Origin: a virus
Taxonomy: Duplodnaviria; Heunggongvirae; Uroviricota; Caudoviricetes
Direction: 5' to 3' (one strand)
Virus record (IMG/VR): IMGVR_UViG_3300025087_000051
Length of the DNA stretch: 64,000 nucleotides
Shown here: positions 18,164 to 27,567 of the stretch, piece after piece
How positions within the stretch are numbered: the stretch's first letter is position 1
Layout: the number at the start of each line of letters is the position of its first letter
Made by a program: the position numbers and the translations under genes
Notes under the pieces: generated by a model
The model's input: only the letters and a program-made list of their open reading frames with translations
Told to the model about the DNA's origin: nothing
Database searches by the model: none

Positions 18164-18772
18164 ATGTTAATCAAGAAAAGATACAACGAAATCAGAGAAC
18201 AGATACAGCAAGGGGACGTGATAGCCTTTAGCGGTAAGGGTCACGTGTCTGAGTTGATTAAATTATTTACCTTGTCTTCCGTTTCTCATGTAGCGGTAGT
18301 GATGAAATCGAAACATATATTAGGCGATGGAACTGTTACGATTGTAAACGATATTATAGAATCAACAACACTGGATGGGTTTGCCGGTGTTGTTGTGAAT
18401 AGACTAAGTAAGAGATTGAAAGATTATAGCGGTGAATGTTGGTGGTTGCCTCTCAGCGATGAGACACGAAACAAGATGGATTTTGACGTGTTTTATTCGT
18501 GGTTAAAGAATCAGAAAAGAAAGTTATACGATTCGTGGCAGGCCATTGGTTCTGGATTTGATTTCATACTTGATAATAAAGAAGATTTTAACAAGTTTTT
18601 TTGTTCCGAATTGGTGGCGGCTGCACTGGAAAAATCAGGTGCAATACCGGATACGAATTGTTCTGAAATTACTCCGGCTGAATTATGTCGATGGAATATT
18701 TATCAAAATAATTATTATCAGTTAAGCGGTGAATTTAAAGAGATAAAAAGATTTAATGGAGATAAAATATGA
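18164..18772 (+). CDS. permuted papain-fold (YiiX/NlpC-P60-like) peptidase
   Basis: GDVIAFSG...SHVAVVM then later FFCSELVAAAL (His-before-Cys permuted order). Confidence 0.5.
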   Translation: MLIKKRYNEIREQIQQGDVIAFSGKGHVSELIKLFTLSSVSHVAVVMKSKHILGDGTVTIVNDIIESTTLDGFAGVVVNRLSKRLKDYSGECWWLPLSDETRNKMDFDVFYSWLKNQKRKLYDSWQAIGSGFDFILDNKEDFNKFFCSELVAAALEKSGAIPDTNCSEITPAELCRWNIYQNNYYQLSGEFKEIKRFNGDKI

Positions 18773-19185
18773 AAATTAAATATTATAAGAATAAATATGC
18801 TTACAGATTTGGAGATAAAAACGGAAATATAATTCCATTGTATTCAATACCGTATCCGAACAATGACGATTTTTCACAGTATATAAAAACAGAAAAAGAA
18901 TTTTTTTCGGAATATCCCCATCTTAAATATTCTACAGAATTAACAACCGAAATCACATTCCTCTTATCGCTTGGATCGAGATTTGGTAGAAGCGATAAAG
19001 AGTCCTGGATAGACAGCGAAAATATATTAGTATTGAGAAGCCTTCCATTGCGTAGACATATAAAAGATGCAGAGAATTTTGCTATCGCAATAGAGCATTT
19101 TTTAGCTAATAATTTATTGGAAAGTTATCAAAATACAAAGCATTTGTTTGATAAATACACTTATTTTAAAAAAAATAATTTTTAG
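18769..19185 (+). CDS. hypothetical protein
   Basis: 138-aa ORF overlapping previous stop. Confidence 0.4.
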   Translation: MKIKYYKNKYAYRFGDKNGNIIPLYSIPYPNNDDFSQYIKTEKEFFSEYPHLKYSTELTTEITFLLSLGSRFGRSDKESWIDSENILVLRSLPLRRHIKDAENFAIAIEHFLANNLLESYQNTKHLFDKYTYFKKNNF

Positions 19186-19199
19186 ATTAAAATATCATA

Positions 19200-20690
19200 A
19201 TGTCTAACCCCTTCGGAAAGGGTAATCCAAGCATAAATTTTAGAACGGAACAGAAAGAGAACAATGCTGGTATCTCTGAAGATTTCAGTGCTGACGGGCG
19301 AAAATACAATCAAAAAGGTATTGCCTGGACAAACAATAAAGCGTTATATGAAGGTGGTGACGGATTTTATTGCAGAATGTGTGGGGGTATTTATTCGTAT
19401 CGAATCTTTTTCAATACGGACGAAAATTCAACTGAGTCGGTGCTAGATAAATTTCCTATCAACGATAGATCGAAACAAGACATAATCAAGCTTATAAAAG
19501 AAACACTTGAAGAAATAAATGCTTACAAAATAGGGAATCCGATATTACAATTTAAGCTTGATGCTTCCGTAAATTATGACAGGCAAATTAAAGTACCAAA
19601 TGGCGATATTTGCGGAACATTATATTTTAGTGCGCCTGAGTTGAGAGGGAGTATTCTATGTAATTACCAGAATCGAGACGGTTCTACGGCGGGCAGCACC
19701 GGATATAAAAACAATTGGTTCTTTATTTTCTTATCAATCGCTGATAGTTATGTAAAGGACGATGCAAAGTTTAAATACACACTAAAACACGAATTATTAC
19801 ATAATTTTGGATTGGATCATGAGTATCCGGCATACAGTACAGAATATAGAAAGGAAAGAAAAGACGATGTTGGATATAGTTTTTATAATGAGCAAATTAA
19901 CTATTCAAAATTAGCTCCACAGTTTAAGACATTAGATTTGGATAAAGATAAATTGTGCTGGCTCGATACAATATACAATACGAATCGAGTCGAATCGGAA
20001 GCAAATATTGGTTGGACGTGGAAAATAAAAGGACAGATAAGTAATTTACCGATAAACTATAATGAAGAATTTGACTATAAGAGTGGGCATTGTGAGGCGT
20101 TGCTTATCAACCTCGATTCGATGGAATATGAGTATAGAATGCCGATAGACTACACGGGATATTTTGAGTTTAGATTAAGAATCGCTTCGGATAGTTTGAA
20201 AAGATATGGGTTGTTGATGGTTAGTTCTCACTGGAACTGGAAAAGAATGGTTGAATATGAAAACGAGAAACATGACAAATTTGAACCTGGTAATTTCTGG
20301 ACAGATAGTAGGGAAAGTTGGAACAAGGGATTTCTCTATTATTTTTTTGATGATAAATCTATTCAATGGGTCGCTGATAAGGCTCTAGGCAGTGAATCAA
20401 AAGGAACTGTACCATCGTTCGATAATGATGTGTGGTCGTTTCGGTATGAAATATTTGGTAAAGATAGTGGGATAATTTCGTTTGTTTATGTTCATGCAAA
20501 TAAAAAAGCTGACTCGTTACAAGATTTGGAAGATAAAACTGGAATTAAAAATATCTATGCTTATTTTATAGATATTGGTGAAAAATATAGTGTTGCATCG
20601 TTTATGAAGAAATATGTATCGGGAAATAAGTTGAAGAAGTTGGGAAAAGGATCAGATTTCAAATGCGCTAAATTTAAGAATAAAAAGTAA
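19200..20690 (+). CDS. metzincin-type zinc metalloprotease
   Basis: HELLHNFGLDH = HExxHxxGxxH. Confidence 0.65.
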   Translation: MSNPFGKGNPSINFRTEQKENNAGISEDFSADGRKYNQKGIAWTNNKALYEGGDGFYCRMCGGIYSYRIFFNTDENSTESVLDKFPINDRSKQDIIKLIKETLEEINAYKIGNPILQFKLDASVNYDRQIKVPNGDICGTLYFSAPELRGSILCNYQNRDGSTAGSTGYKNNWFFIFLSIADSYVKDDAKFKYTLKHELLHNFGLDHEYPAYSTEYRKERKDDVGYSFYNEQINYSKLAPQFKTLDLDKDKLCWLDTIYNTNRVESEANIGWTWKIKGQISNLPINYNEEFDYKSGHCEALLINLDSMEYEYRMPIDYTGYFEFRLRIASDSLKRYGLLMVSSHWNWKRMVEYENEKHDKFEPGNFWTDSRESWNKGFLYYFFDDKSIQWVADKALGSESKGTVPSFDNDVWSFRYEIFGKDSGIISFVYVHANKKADSLQDLEDKTGIKNIYAYFIDIGEKYSVASFMKKYVSGNKLKKLGKGSDFKCAKFKNKK

Positions 20691-20872
20691 TGAAAATTAT
20701 AAACGAACAATACAAAAACAGATGTTTGTATGAAGGGTTTCGTACCGAATATCCTGGTCTTTTCGAGATTATATCATTAGAATACGAAGAAGATGGTTCT
20801 GTAATTATTAGAATTAAATCAGAATTATTGCGTGTGCCACGCATTAAATTTACAGCTTTGAAAAGTGTATAG
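20690..20872 (+). CDS. hypothetical protein
   Basis: 60-aa ORF, ATGA overlap with previous. Confidence 0.3.
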   Translation: MKIINEQYKNRCLYEGFRTEYPGLFEIISLEYEEDGSVIIRIKSELLRVPRIKFTALKSV

Positions 20873-21260
20873 AAACAAAAAAAATAAAACAGTAAAAGTA
20901 GTAAAAACAGTAAAAACAGACGGATGTATTGGAATAATACTATTTACTATTTTTTTTACTGGTACAATTCTATCCGCTATTTACTTTAGTGGGCGTATCG
21001 ATCTGTATGGTTATGAAAAAGATTTAGAACGAAGAATTCCATTTACAAAACACGAACAAATAGTTTATGGAAAGCATGATAAGAATATAGTTAGATTTAA
21101 AACAAATTACGATACTGAACTTATTTATACTTTTCCTGAAAATATACCGTTGGAAAAGATAGCGCAATTTATGAAAGAAAACGTTGGACAGATTGCCAGC
21201 ATAGAGATAAAAAATATCCAAAGTGCTTTTTTGAAAACGTTTAATATAATGGTGCAATAA
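20865..21260 (+). CDS. hypothetical membrane-anchored protein
   Basis: 131-aa ORF, N-terminal TM. Confidence 0.4.
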   Translation: MYRNKKNKTVKVVKTVKTDGCIGIILFTIFFTGTILSAIYFSGRIDLYGYEKDLERRIPFTKHEQIVYGKHDKNIVRFKTNYDTELIYTFPENIPLEKIAQFMKENVGQIASIEIKNIQSAFLKTFNIMVQ

Positions 21261-21620
21261 ATGATTGAAATCGAAGAAAAAATAATTTGTTCTAAATGTG
21301 GTAAGCTGATACAATCGTATCGGGATGATGCGTTTAATCCACAATGGACTAATGTTTCTCCGTATAGCGGGAGTAATAATGTATTGTGCGATGGTTGTCG
21401 TTCAGTGCCTCCTGATTTTGCAAAAGAAGATAAAGAAAAAAAGGAAAGCATTGCAAAATTGGAAGATTTATTTAATACATTGTTGGAACAATACTATCAA
21501 GCGCAACAGTTGGCATTAGACGATGCATGTCTTGATTATGAGGAATTAGAAGAAAATGTCGATGGATATAAAAACGACTTTAACAAACTATTAAAATTAC
21601 TTAAAAAACATTTAATATAA
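21261..21620 (+). CDS. zinc-ribbon + acidic C-terminal protein
   Basis: CSKCG...CDGC. Confidence 0.4.
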   Translation: MIEIEEKIICSKCGKLIQSYRDDAFNPQWTNVSPYSGSNNVLCDGCRSVPPDFAKEDKEKKESIAKLEDLFNTLLEQYYQAQQLALDDACLDYEELEENVDGYKNDFNKLLKLLKKHLI

Positions 21621-21802
21621 TGGCTGAATTTTTACAATTTTTATTTGTAACGAGTATTGTCTTAGACATTCTTTGTGTAGGAACTATAATTTCTATAAAA
21701 CCAGAAGATTTAAAAACTGATAAAAAAATTATGAGAATTGGAAAATTTGTTTTGATTACATTAATTTTTACAACGGCGTATATTATATCTTATCTATTAT
21801 GA
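21620..21802 (+). CDS. small membrane protein
   Basis: 60 aa, two hydrophobic helices. Confidence 0.35.
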   Translation: MAEFLQFLFVTSIVLDILCVGTIISIKPEDLKTDKKIMRIGKFVLITLIFTTAYIISYLL

Positions 21803-22074
21803 GTGACGGATGGATCAGTCGAAGAAAATTAAAAGATGCTAAAAAATGTGTGAATTGTGGTAAGATTTGCAATGAAATAATTTTTTGTTTTGGTGATTAC
21901 AGGGCTGAATTTAAAAATTATTATATCGAAAGAGACAACCCTGATTCTTTGTTTCGATATTTTGATAGATTAAGCTTTGTTCTTCATCCTGACGATAAAA
22001 TTTATCAATCTCTGTTACGATGTGGTAAGTGTAGTGATACTTCTGGCAAAGATGTGAGATTTTTTAAGGAATAA
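21799..22074 (+). CDS. Cys-rich small protein
   Basis: CVNCGKIC...CGKC. Confidence 0.4.
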   Translation: MSDGWISRRKLKDAKKCVNCGKICNEIIFCFGDYRAEFKNYYIERDNPDSLFRYFDRLSFVLHPDDKIYQSLLRCGKCSDTSGKDVRFFKE

Positions 22075-22075
22075 T

Positions 22076-22312
22076 ATGACAGACCTGAAAAAGTTTACAA
22101 ATTTGTACGAGGGATTTGGTATTTCTTATAGCGTAGAAAAATTATTAAAAGGTGAAACAATTCATGACTTTATAATTAATGATGAAATCGTGGTAAATAT
22201 TCATCCATTTAATCAGCCAGAAAATTCAAAAATTTATGGGTATCATGGATTTTATACAGTTCTTATTTTTAGTAGAGATGGTAAATTTATTAAGCAAATG
22301 ATTTTGATATAA
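22076..22312 (+). CDS. hypothetical protein, paralog of 37461-37700
   Basis: shared blocks KKF.NLY.GFGI and YGYHGFYTVLIFSRDGKFIKQ vs DGYCDFYTKIVFNRNGKFTKQ. Confidence 0.45.
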   Translation: MTDLKKFTNLYEGFGISYSVEKLLKGETIHDFIINDEIVVNIHPFNQPENSKIYGYHGFYTVLIFSRDGKFIKQMILI

Positions 22313-22313
22313 T

Positions 22314-22544
22314 ATGAAAGAAAAAATCAAGCTAACTCAGGAACAAAACATTGAAAAGCTCGTCAAATTCAGTCAGTTGGATTTATTTTTAAAGATTGGA
22401 TTATTAACGATTGGTTCTATTGCATTGTATTATGGTTATATCTACGGCACTGAAAAGATGGTAGAGGTTCAGGCACAAATAGAAGAATATAGGAAAAGGT
22501 TGGCAAGATTACCGTTCGTGGGATCATCGTTTAAAGAAAGTTAA
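22314..22544 (+). CDS. hypothetical protein
   Basis: 76-aa ORF. Confidence 0.35.
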   Translation: MKEKIKLTQEQNIEKLVKFSQLDLFLKIGLLTIGSIALYYGYIYGTEKMVEVQAQIEEYRKRLARLPFVGSSFKES

Positions 22545-22552
22545 AAATAGAT

Positions 22553-22750
22553 ATGTCTATTAGAAAAATTTGTACTCAACAATTTGAAATAGAAGTTGAA
22601 AATGATTTCCAAGCATTTATCGTACCAAAAATTAATGATTTTATTAATAAACAATTTTTGCTCGGTACGCAAGAAATTGGATTACCTCCAAATACAGTTA
22701 TGAGAACAATTGCAAATGTTGTCAATTCTTATAAATTTATAGCAAAATGA
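22553..22750 (+). CDS. hypothetical protein
   Basis: 65-aa ORF. Confidence 0.35.
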   Translation: MSIRKICTQQFEIEVENDFQAFIVPKINDFINKQFLLGTQEIGLPPNTVMRTIANVVNSYKFIAK

Positions 22751-23022
22751 ATATTACGCTTCCGCTTAAATTTCTAAAACCTGTAAGAATGGTAGTACCG
22801 AAACTATGCAGGACTGTGACACAAACTAGAAAGGTAAAAATAGAAGTTGCAGAAGATAAACAATATATGTTTATCAATGTGGGGGCAATCGTGGTTTCGA
22901 CAATAGATTCAAACAATAATGATATGATACTTATGATTTGGCACATGCTGAACGATGGAATGTGCGAAGTTGATTTCGGAGTTAAAATAAATAAGAAGAT
23001 GACAGATCCAAAAATTAATTAA
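22747..23022 (+). CDS. hypothetical protein
   Basis: 91-aa ORF. Confidence 0.35.
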   Translation: MNITLPLKFLKPVRMVVPKLCRTVTQTRKVKIEVAEDKQYMFINVGAIVVSTIDSNNNDMILMIWHMLNDGMCEVDFGVKINKKMTDPKIN

Positions 23023-23232
23023 CTTTTTTTAAGGAAAAAACATAAATGGCAATCTTTAAGAGATGTATTAGAATAGAAAAAGACAAGACCGTTCCATTAT
23101 TTGATACTGTAAATGTAAAAGTCCCAAAAGGAGAACTTCCAATAGTTATTTTTAAAGATGGAAAAGAAATATGTTTAAATCCAGACACAAAAGGTAAAAT
23201 TCAATAGTAACTTTTTAATAAGGAGAAGAATC

Positions 23233-23640
23233 ATGGCAGACAATGATGTAATTAATGGTTTTTTAGGTGATATAGGGTTTAGTATCAAGAGCGTTACTGA
23301 TAAGGTAAAAGATACCGTATCGAAGGGAACTGAGATGGCAAAACAGGTATCGCCTCAGTATCAGGCTGGCAAGGCCGCACTGGATCAATTCAAAGGTGGG
23401 ATGAAAACTGTAAAAAGTACCACTCCTTCGGGTCGAACAATTTCCAGACGTGTCCCGGCCAGTTCCGGCACTGCCATTCCAACGACTGGTTCAAATTATA
23501 AGGGTCGGTTCACTATTAAGGATTTGCTTTCAAGGCTGTCAAAAAAAAGGATATTGAAAATTCCTGTTTTATATTATGGTATAGGCGGTGCGGTGTTGAT
23601 TAGCTTGCCATTTCTGAGAAAATTAGGTAGGAAAAAGTAA
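23233..23640 (+). CDS. hypothetical protein with C-terminal TM
   Basis: AGGAGAAG RBS; 135 aa. Confidence 0.45.
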   Translation: MADNDVINGFLGDIGFSIKSVTDKVKDTVSKGTEMAKQVSPQYQAGKAALDQFKGGMKTVKSTTPSGRTISRRVPASSGTAIPTTGSNYKGRFTIKDLLSRLSKKRILKIPVLYYGIGGAVLISLPFLRKLGRKK

Positions 23641-23744
23641 ATTTCGGAAGGGACAAAGAGCGGTTTCATCCTTAAAATATTTGGCGAATCGCCACAAATT
23701 ATTTTTATAAAGTCAAACCGCTCGTTCCTTTCTTTTTTAGTGTA

Positions 23745-24038
23745 ATGAATATTATAGTTCAATTCAAACAAAACGATTTTGTCTTGTTCGCTACTATTGA
23801 TAAAAAAGGTATTATTTGGGTAGAAAGCAGAACCGAGAGAGAATTTTTCCAATATCTAACCAATCCGTTTTCGTATGGGATTGTTAAAATTACCAGAGAT
23901 GAAAAGAAAAAGATTTTAAGAATATTGGAAAAAGATAAAAATGTAAAACTGTGCATGAGTAGAAAATATCCGGTTGAAACGCCACAAATGAGCAGGAATT
24001 TAAGATATTATAATGTGTTTAAAATTCAATCAAAATAA
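23745..24038 (+). CDS. hypothetical protein
   Basis: 97-aa ORF. Confidence 0.4.
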   Translation: MNIIVQFKQNDFVLFATIDKKGIIWVESRTEREFFQYLTNPFSYGIVKITRDEKKKILRILEKDKNVKLCMSRKYPVETPQMSRNLRYYNVFKIQSK

Positions 24039-24041
24039 AAT

Positions 24042-24509
24042 ATGAAACTATCCAGGAATTATCTTTTTGAATTGATTGATTATTCAAATTTTTATGATCT
24101 GTATCCTGGTTATTCCTCGAAAGCAATAAACGGAAAAGATTATTATTTTAATACGAAAAAACAAGCAATTCAATGGGTAGATATTGTAAAAGATATTTTT
24201 GAATCATTTCCATCAAAAATAAAAGTATATAGGACGGTATATTTCAAAAATATAGAATCTCTGAGAAAAGACGATCTGGGGGAAAGCTGGTCGTGGGAAA
24301 GAGATTCCGCCATTGAGTTTGGTGTTCACGCAGGAAATAATTATATTTTGTCTGGTATTGTGAATCGAAAAAATGTTGACTGGAAGCGAAGCATTGAAAT
24401 GTTTGTTGTGAATTCGTCTGATCCGTTCAGTAGTGAAAGCGAAAACGAATTATATATTCCATTCTCAGAAGAAGTAATTAAAGACTTAAAAATAGAAAAA
24501 ATTATTTAA
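24042..24509 (+). CDS. hypothetical protein
   Basis: 155-aa ORF. Confidence 0.45.
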   Translation: MKLSRNYLFELIDYSNFYDLYPGYSSKAINGKDYYFNTKKQAIQWVDIVKDIFESFPSKIKVYRTVYFKNIESLRKDDLGESWSWERDSAIEFGVHAGNNYILSGIVNRKNVDWKRSIEMFVVNSSDPFSSESENELYIPFSEEVIKDLKIEKII

Positions 24510-24517
24510 AAATATTC

Positions 24518-24564
24518 TTGACTTGAATTTTTTTTGTGATATAATGTGATACAGTGAATCACAC
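24518..24564 (+). promoter_or_regulatory. sigma70 promoter with extended -10 plus operator (TGTGAT x2 direct + ATCACA inverted)
   Basis: TTGACT-16nt-TGATATAAT then TGTGATACAGTGAATCACA. Confidence 0.55.
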
Positions 24565-24593
24565 AGATAATAAAAAAGGAAAATGATACAAAG

Positions 24594-24788
24594 ATGAAAA
24601 CTAAAACTATAAATCAAATCTGCAAGAACTTAAAACAATTTATTAATAAAATAGAACAGGCTGGAAAATATGTAGAAAAAGACAGTTTTACCCGTTCCGA
24701 AACAATAGAAATAATGAGTAATTGTATTAATATTCATAAGTCTTTAACTGTATTTGAAACAAAATTACTCCAAAAGACCTGTTTATAA
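24594..24788 (+). CDS. hypothetical protein between the two operator copies
   Basis: 64-aa ORF, AAGGAAAA RBS. Confidence 0.4.
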   Translation: MKTKTINQICKNLKQFINKIEQAGKYVEKDSFTRSETIEIMSNCINIHKSLTVFETKLLQKTCL

Positions 24789-24813
24789 ATTTTAAATAAA
24801 TTAAATTTTTTTC

Positions 24814-24850
24814 TTGACTATGTGATATAGTGTGATACAGTGAATCACAT
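24814..24850 (+). promoter_or_regulatory. second copy of promoter/operator module
   Basis: TTGACT then TGTGATATAGTGTGATACAGTGAATCACA (29/29 core identical to first copy bar 1 nt). Confidence 0.45.
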
Positions 24851-24897
24851 AAAATTTAAAAGCAAAACGATATTGGAGGGAGACGAGGAGACATAAG

Positions 24898-25020
24898 ATG
24901 AAGATAACAAAAAATTATCGAATAAAAATTAACAAAAGAGGCGACTTGGTATTGTACAAGGGCAAAGTGCTGATGGGATATATCAAAACTGTATCAACAA
25001 CTCCTGGATTAAAAGATTAA
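24898..25020 (+). CDS. small basic protein
   Basis: 40-aa ORF with GGAGGGAGACGAGGAG RBS after operator copy 2. Confidence 0.3.
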   Translation: MKITKNYRIKINKRGDLVLYKGKVLMGYIKTVSTTPGLKD

Positions 25021-25055
25021 TTTATAACTCTTATCCCCGCTAAAAGAAGAAAAAC

Positions 25056-25238
25056 ATGATAGACATTATGAAAAGAACTGACGGTAAGATAGTAACCGGA
25101 CATAGAATCCGGTTTTTAAACCAAAAGAAAATCGACCAACTGTACCATTCTTATAATGGTTACAGTATTGAAATTTTCGACACTGAAGCCGAAGCGGTCG
25201 CCTATTGGGGCGAGTTGCTAAATATTATAAAATCATAA
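25056..25238 (+). CDS. hypothetical protein
   Basis: 60-aa ORF. Confidence 0.35.
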   Translation: MIDIMKRTDGKIVTGHRIRFLNQKKIDQLYHSYNGYSIEIFDTEAEAVAYWGELLNIIKS

Positions 25239-25254
25239 CTATTAACCCTTCAAG

Positions 25255-25614
25255 TTGTCTGGATATTGTAATAGTTTGTCTATTATCAAAGTAAAAAGAA
25301 TTACCAAGACACAGATAATTTTAGAAAATGGGATTAAGCTTAGAAACGATTCCATAAAAATGTATGGAGAGAATCAAGGTTATTGTTTAAAAGCAATAAG
25401 AAGAAGTGCTTGGAATAAGACAAATTATTATATCGAAAACGAAGATATTAAAGCTCGATACAAATACGAACAACTTTATTTAAAAACCAAAAGAAAGTTT
25501 GAATCACTAAAATTAAAAGAATTAACAGTCGAGCAATTGAACATATTATTGTCTGCAATGATTCAAACAACACCCACAGAAAACAAATCAATAGAAGAAC
25601 AAGAAACAAATTAA
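25255..25614 (+). CDS. hypothetical protein
   Basis: 119-aa ORF. Confidence 0.4.
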   Translation: MSGYCNSLSIIKVKRITKTQIILENGIKLRNDSIKMYGENQGYCLKAIRRSAWNKTNYYIENEDIKARYKYEQLYLKTKRKFESLKLKELTVEQLNILLSAMIQTTPTENKSIEEQETN

Positions 25615-25630
25615 TAAATAAGGAAAATCA

Positions 25631-25798
25631 ATGAAAATGAAATTGATACAAATAAGCATAAGAGTTGAACCCGACATATTAAAAGAAGTGGATCGGATCG
25701 TTAGAAGAGACAGACCAGAAATGATTGCGCTCGGATCGGAATGTACCAGGAATAGTATTGTTAGAAAAGCTCTGCGGAAATTTGTCGAGAAACAATAA
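25631..25798 (+). CDS. ribbon-helix-helix (CopG/Arc-like) DNA-binding protein
   Basis: 55-aa ORF (below track cutoff): IQISIRVEPDILKEVDRIV...SRNSIVRKALRKF = beta-strand + two helices pattern; AAGGAAAA RBS. Confidence 0.45.
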   Translation: MKMKLIQISIRVEPDILKEVDRIVRRDRPEMIALGSECTRNSIVRKALRKFVEKQ

Positions 25799-26039
25799 GG
25801 TAAGATAGATTCTATATATGTTGAAACTTATAGTTATGGATGTGGCTTTAAAATAATTTTATGGATTGGAAAATTTTCCAAGTCAGTAGAAAAAATAAAC
25901 AGTAAGAATTATATTAAATTGGGTTGTAGTGCTAATCCTTATAATAATGACTGTCTAACCGTGATAAACGAAGAACTATTTTACTCTGGTTCAATTTTTG
26001 CAGAACTAAAACAAATAAAATCACTACCAATTATTAATA

Positions 26040-27005
26040 ATGACAAATCTTATTCCGATTGATAATCAGCAAAATAATCAAATAAAGCTATACAAGGAAA
26101 CTTATTTTGATCTGGTTGATAGATTTCTCGCTGTCTCAGACATTGTTCCAAATTCTAAAAAATTCTACAAAAAAATATTGAGATATTGGTATGAATGGTG
26201 TGAGGAAAATAACGTTACTACTCCGACAAGGGAACACATATTGATTTATAAAAATTCACTAAATATTAAATCTCGATATACTCAGGCAGCTTACTTATCT
26301 GTTGTTGGAGAATTCTATAATTGGCTCGATATTGAAGGTATTTATAAAGATATTACAAAAGGAATCAAGGTTAAACATAGACAGGTCGATCAGCATACCA
26401 GAAGTAAATTAACTCTTGAAGAAATTCACGCACTGTTAAACAGTATCGACACCAGCACTTTTACAGGAAGTAGAGATTTTGCTATGATAAATCTTATGGT
26501 GCGAACTGGATTAAGAATGATTGAATTGAACAGAGCAGATGTGAACGACTTTTTCTTTTTAAATGATAGAAGGGTTTTGTACGTACAAGGCAAGGGACGT
26601 ATCCAGAAAGACGAGTTTGTGATTATTAATGAAGAAACGTACAAACCTTTGGAAAATTATATAAATACGAGACAATTTTTATCAGTTACCAATAACAATC
26701 AACCTCTTTTCGTTTCTCATAGTATTCGAGGTTCTGTAAACGATCCAAACAAGACGAATCGGAGGCTAACCGTAAACGCTATCAGATATATTGTGTGGAC
26801 AAGGCTAAAGCAAGCCGGTATTAAGCGAAAAGACATTGTGGGGCATTCGCTTAGACATACAACGGCAACACTCGCTATAGATGCTGGCGCTACCATAGAA
26901 GAGGTTCAAGCACTAATGAGACATAAAGACCCTCGAACTACCATGATTTATATTAAAGAAAGAAACAGGTTTAAAAATGCGGCAGAAGATAAGATAAAAA
27001 TTTAA
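26040..27005 (+). CDS. int: tyrosine recombinase / phage integrase
   Basis: C-terminal catalytic box GHSLRHTTAT...LMRHKDPRTTMIYIKE (R, HxxR, Y nucleophile). Confidence 0.9.
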   Translation: MTNLIPIDNQQNNQIKLYKETYFDLVDRFLAVSDIVPNSKKFYKKILRYWYEWCEENNVTTPTREHILIYKNSLNIKSRYTQAAYLSVVGEFYNWLDIEGIYKDITKGIKVKHRQVDQHTRSKLTLEEIHALLNSIDTSTFTGSRDFAMINLMVRTGLRMIELNRADVNDFFFLNDRRVLYVQGKGRIQKDEFVIINEETYKPLENYINTRQFLSVTNNNQPLFVSHSIRGSVNDPNKTNRRLTVNAIRYIVWTRLKQAGIKRKDIVGHSLRHTTATLAIDAGATIEEVQALMRHKDPRTTMIYIKERNRFKNAAEDKIKI

Positions 27006-27019
27006 ACGAAGGAAACGGC

Positions 27020-27051
27020 TTATCCACATTAAGCGTGATTAACGTGGATAA
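27020..27051 (+). promoter_or_regulatory. inverted pair of DnaA-box-like 9-mers
   Basis: TTATCCACA ...14 nt... CGTGGATAA directly after int stop. Confidence 0.35.
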
Positions 27052-27095
27052 TAAATAATAAAGAATATTGATAAATTGATCGATCCGATAGAGGA

Positions 27096-27118
27096 ATAGA
27101 TAGAATTTTAATTCAAAA
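27096..27118 (+). repeat. ATAGATAGAATTTTAATTCAAAA direct repeat copy 1 (iteron/arm-site-like)
   Basis: 23/24 identical to 27496-27519; related GATAGATAGTAAC at 28525 and inverted at 28654. Confidence 0.45.
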
Positions 27119-27134
27119 CGAGGCAATAAAAATT

Positions 27135-27425
27135 ATGAAAATCAAATTTATATTATTATTTATTATCTTTTTCCTTTTAGGCTGTGAGGTTGGTGTTCAT
27201 GTTTGTGCCACGAGACCAGGAATTTATGAACTAAAAAGTGAAACATTTCCCAATGCACAAACCTATCGTTTTGATTCAACAGCAAAAGATAATATATTAT
27301 TTTGTGGTACGAATGAAATTGCACTTGAATTTACAGATTTAACAACTGGGAAAAGAATTAAACTGGAAGAAAACAATATGCGATATAGAGGTAAATTAAT
27401 ACTTTTAAAGGAAACATGCAAATGA
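27135..27425 (+). CDS. small lipoprotein
   Basis: MKIKFILLFIIFFLLGC lipobox. Confidence 0.45.
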   Translation: MKIKFILLFIIFFLLGCEVGVHVCATRPGIYELKSETFPNAQTYRFDSTAKDNILFCGTNEIALEFTDLTTGKRIKLEENNMRYRGKLILLKETCK

Positions 27426-27495
27426 AAACAGACACCGAAGAATGCTTAATTGAAATACAAAACAAAGCCAACGAAATCTTAAAAATTAATATAAA

Positions 27496-27519
27496 CGATA
27501 GATAGAATTTTAATTTAAA
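27496..27519 (+). repeat. GATAGATAGAATTTTAATTTAAAA direct repeat copy 2
   Basis: see 27096; ~45 nt upstream of 27568 CDS. Confidence 0.45.
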
Positions 27520-27567
27520 AAATATCCAAAAAATAAAAGGAAGAATAGAAAGAAAGGAACAAAAATC

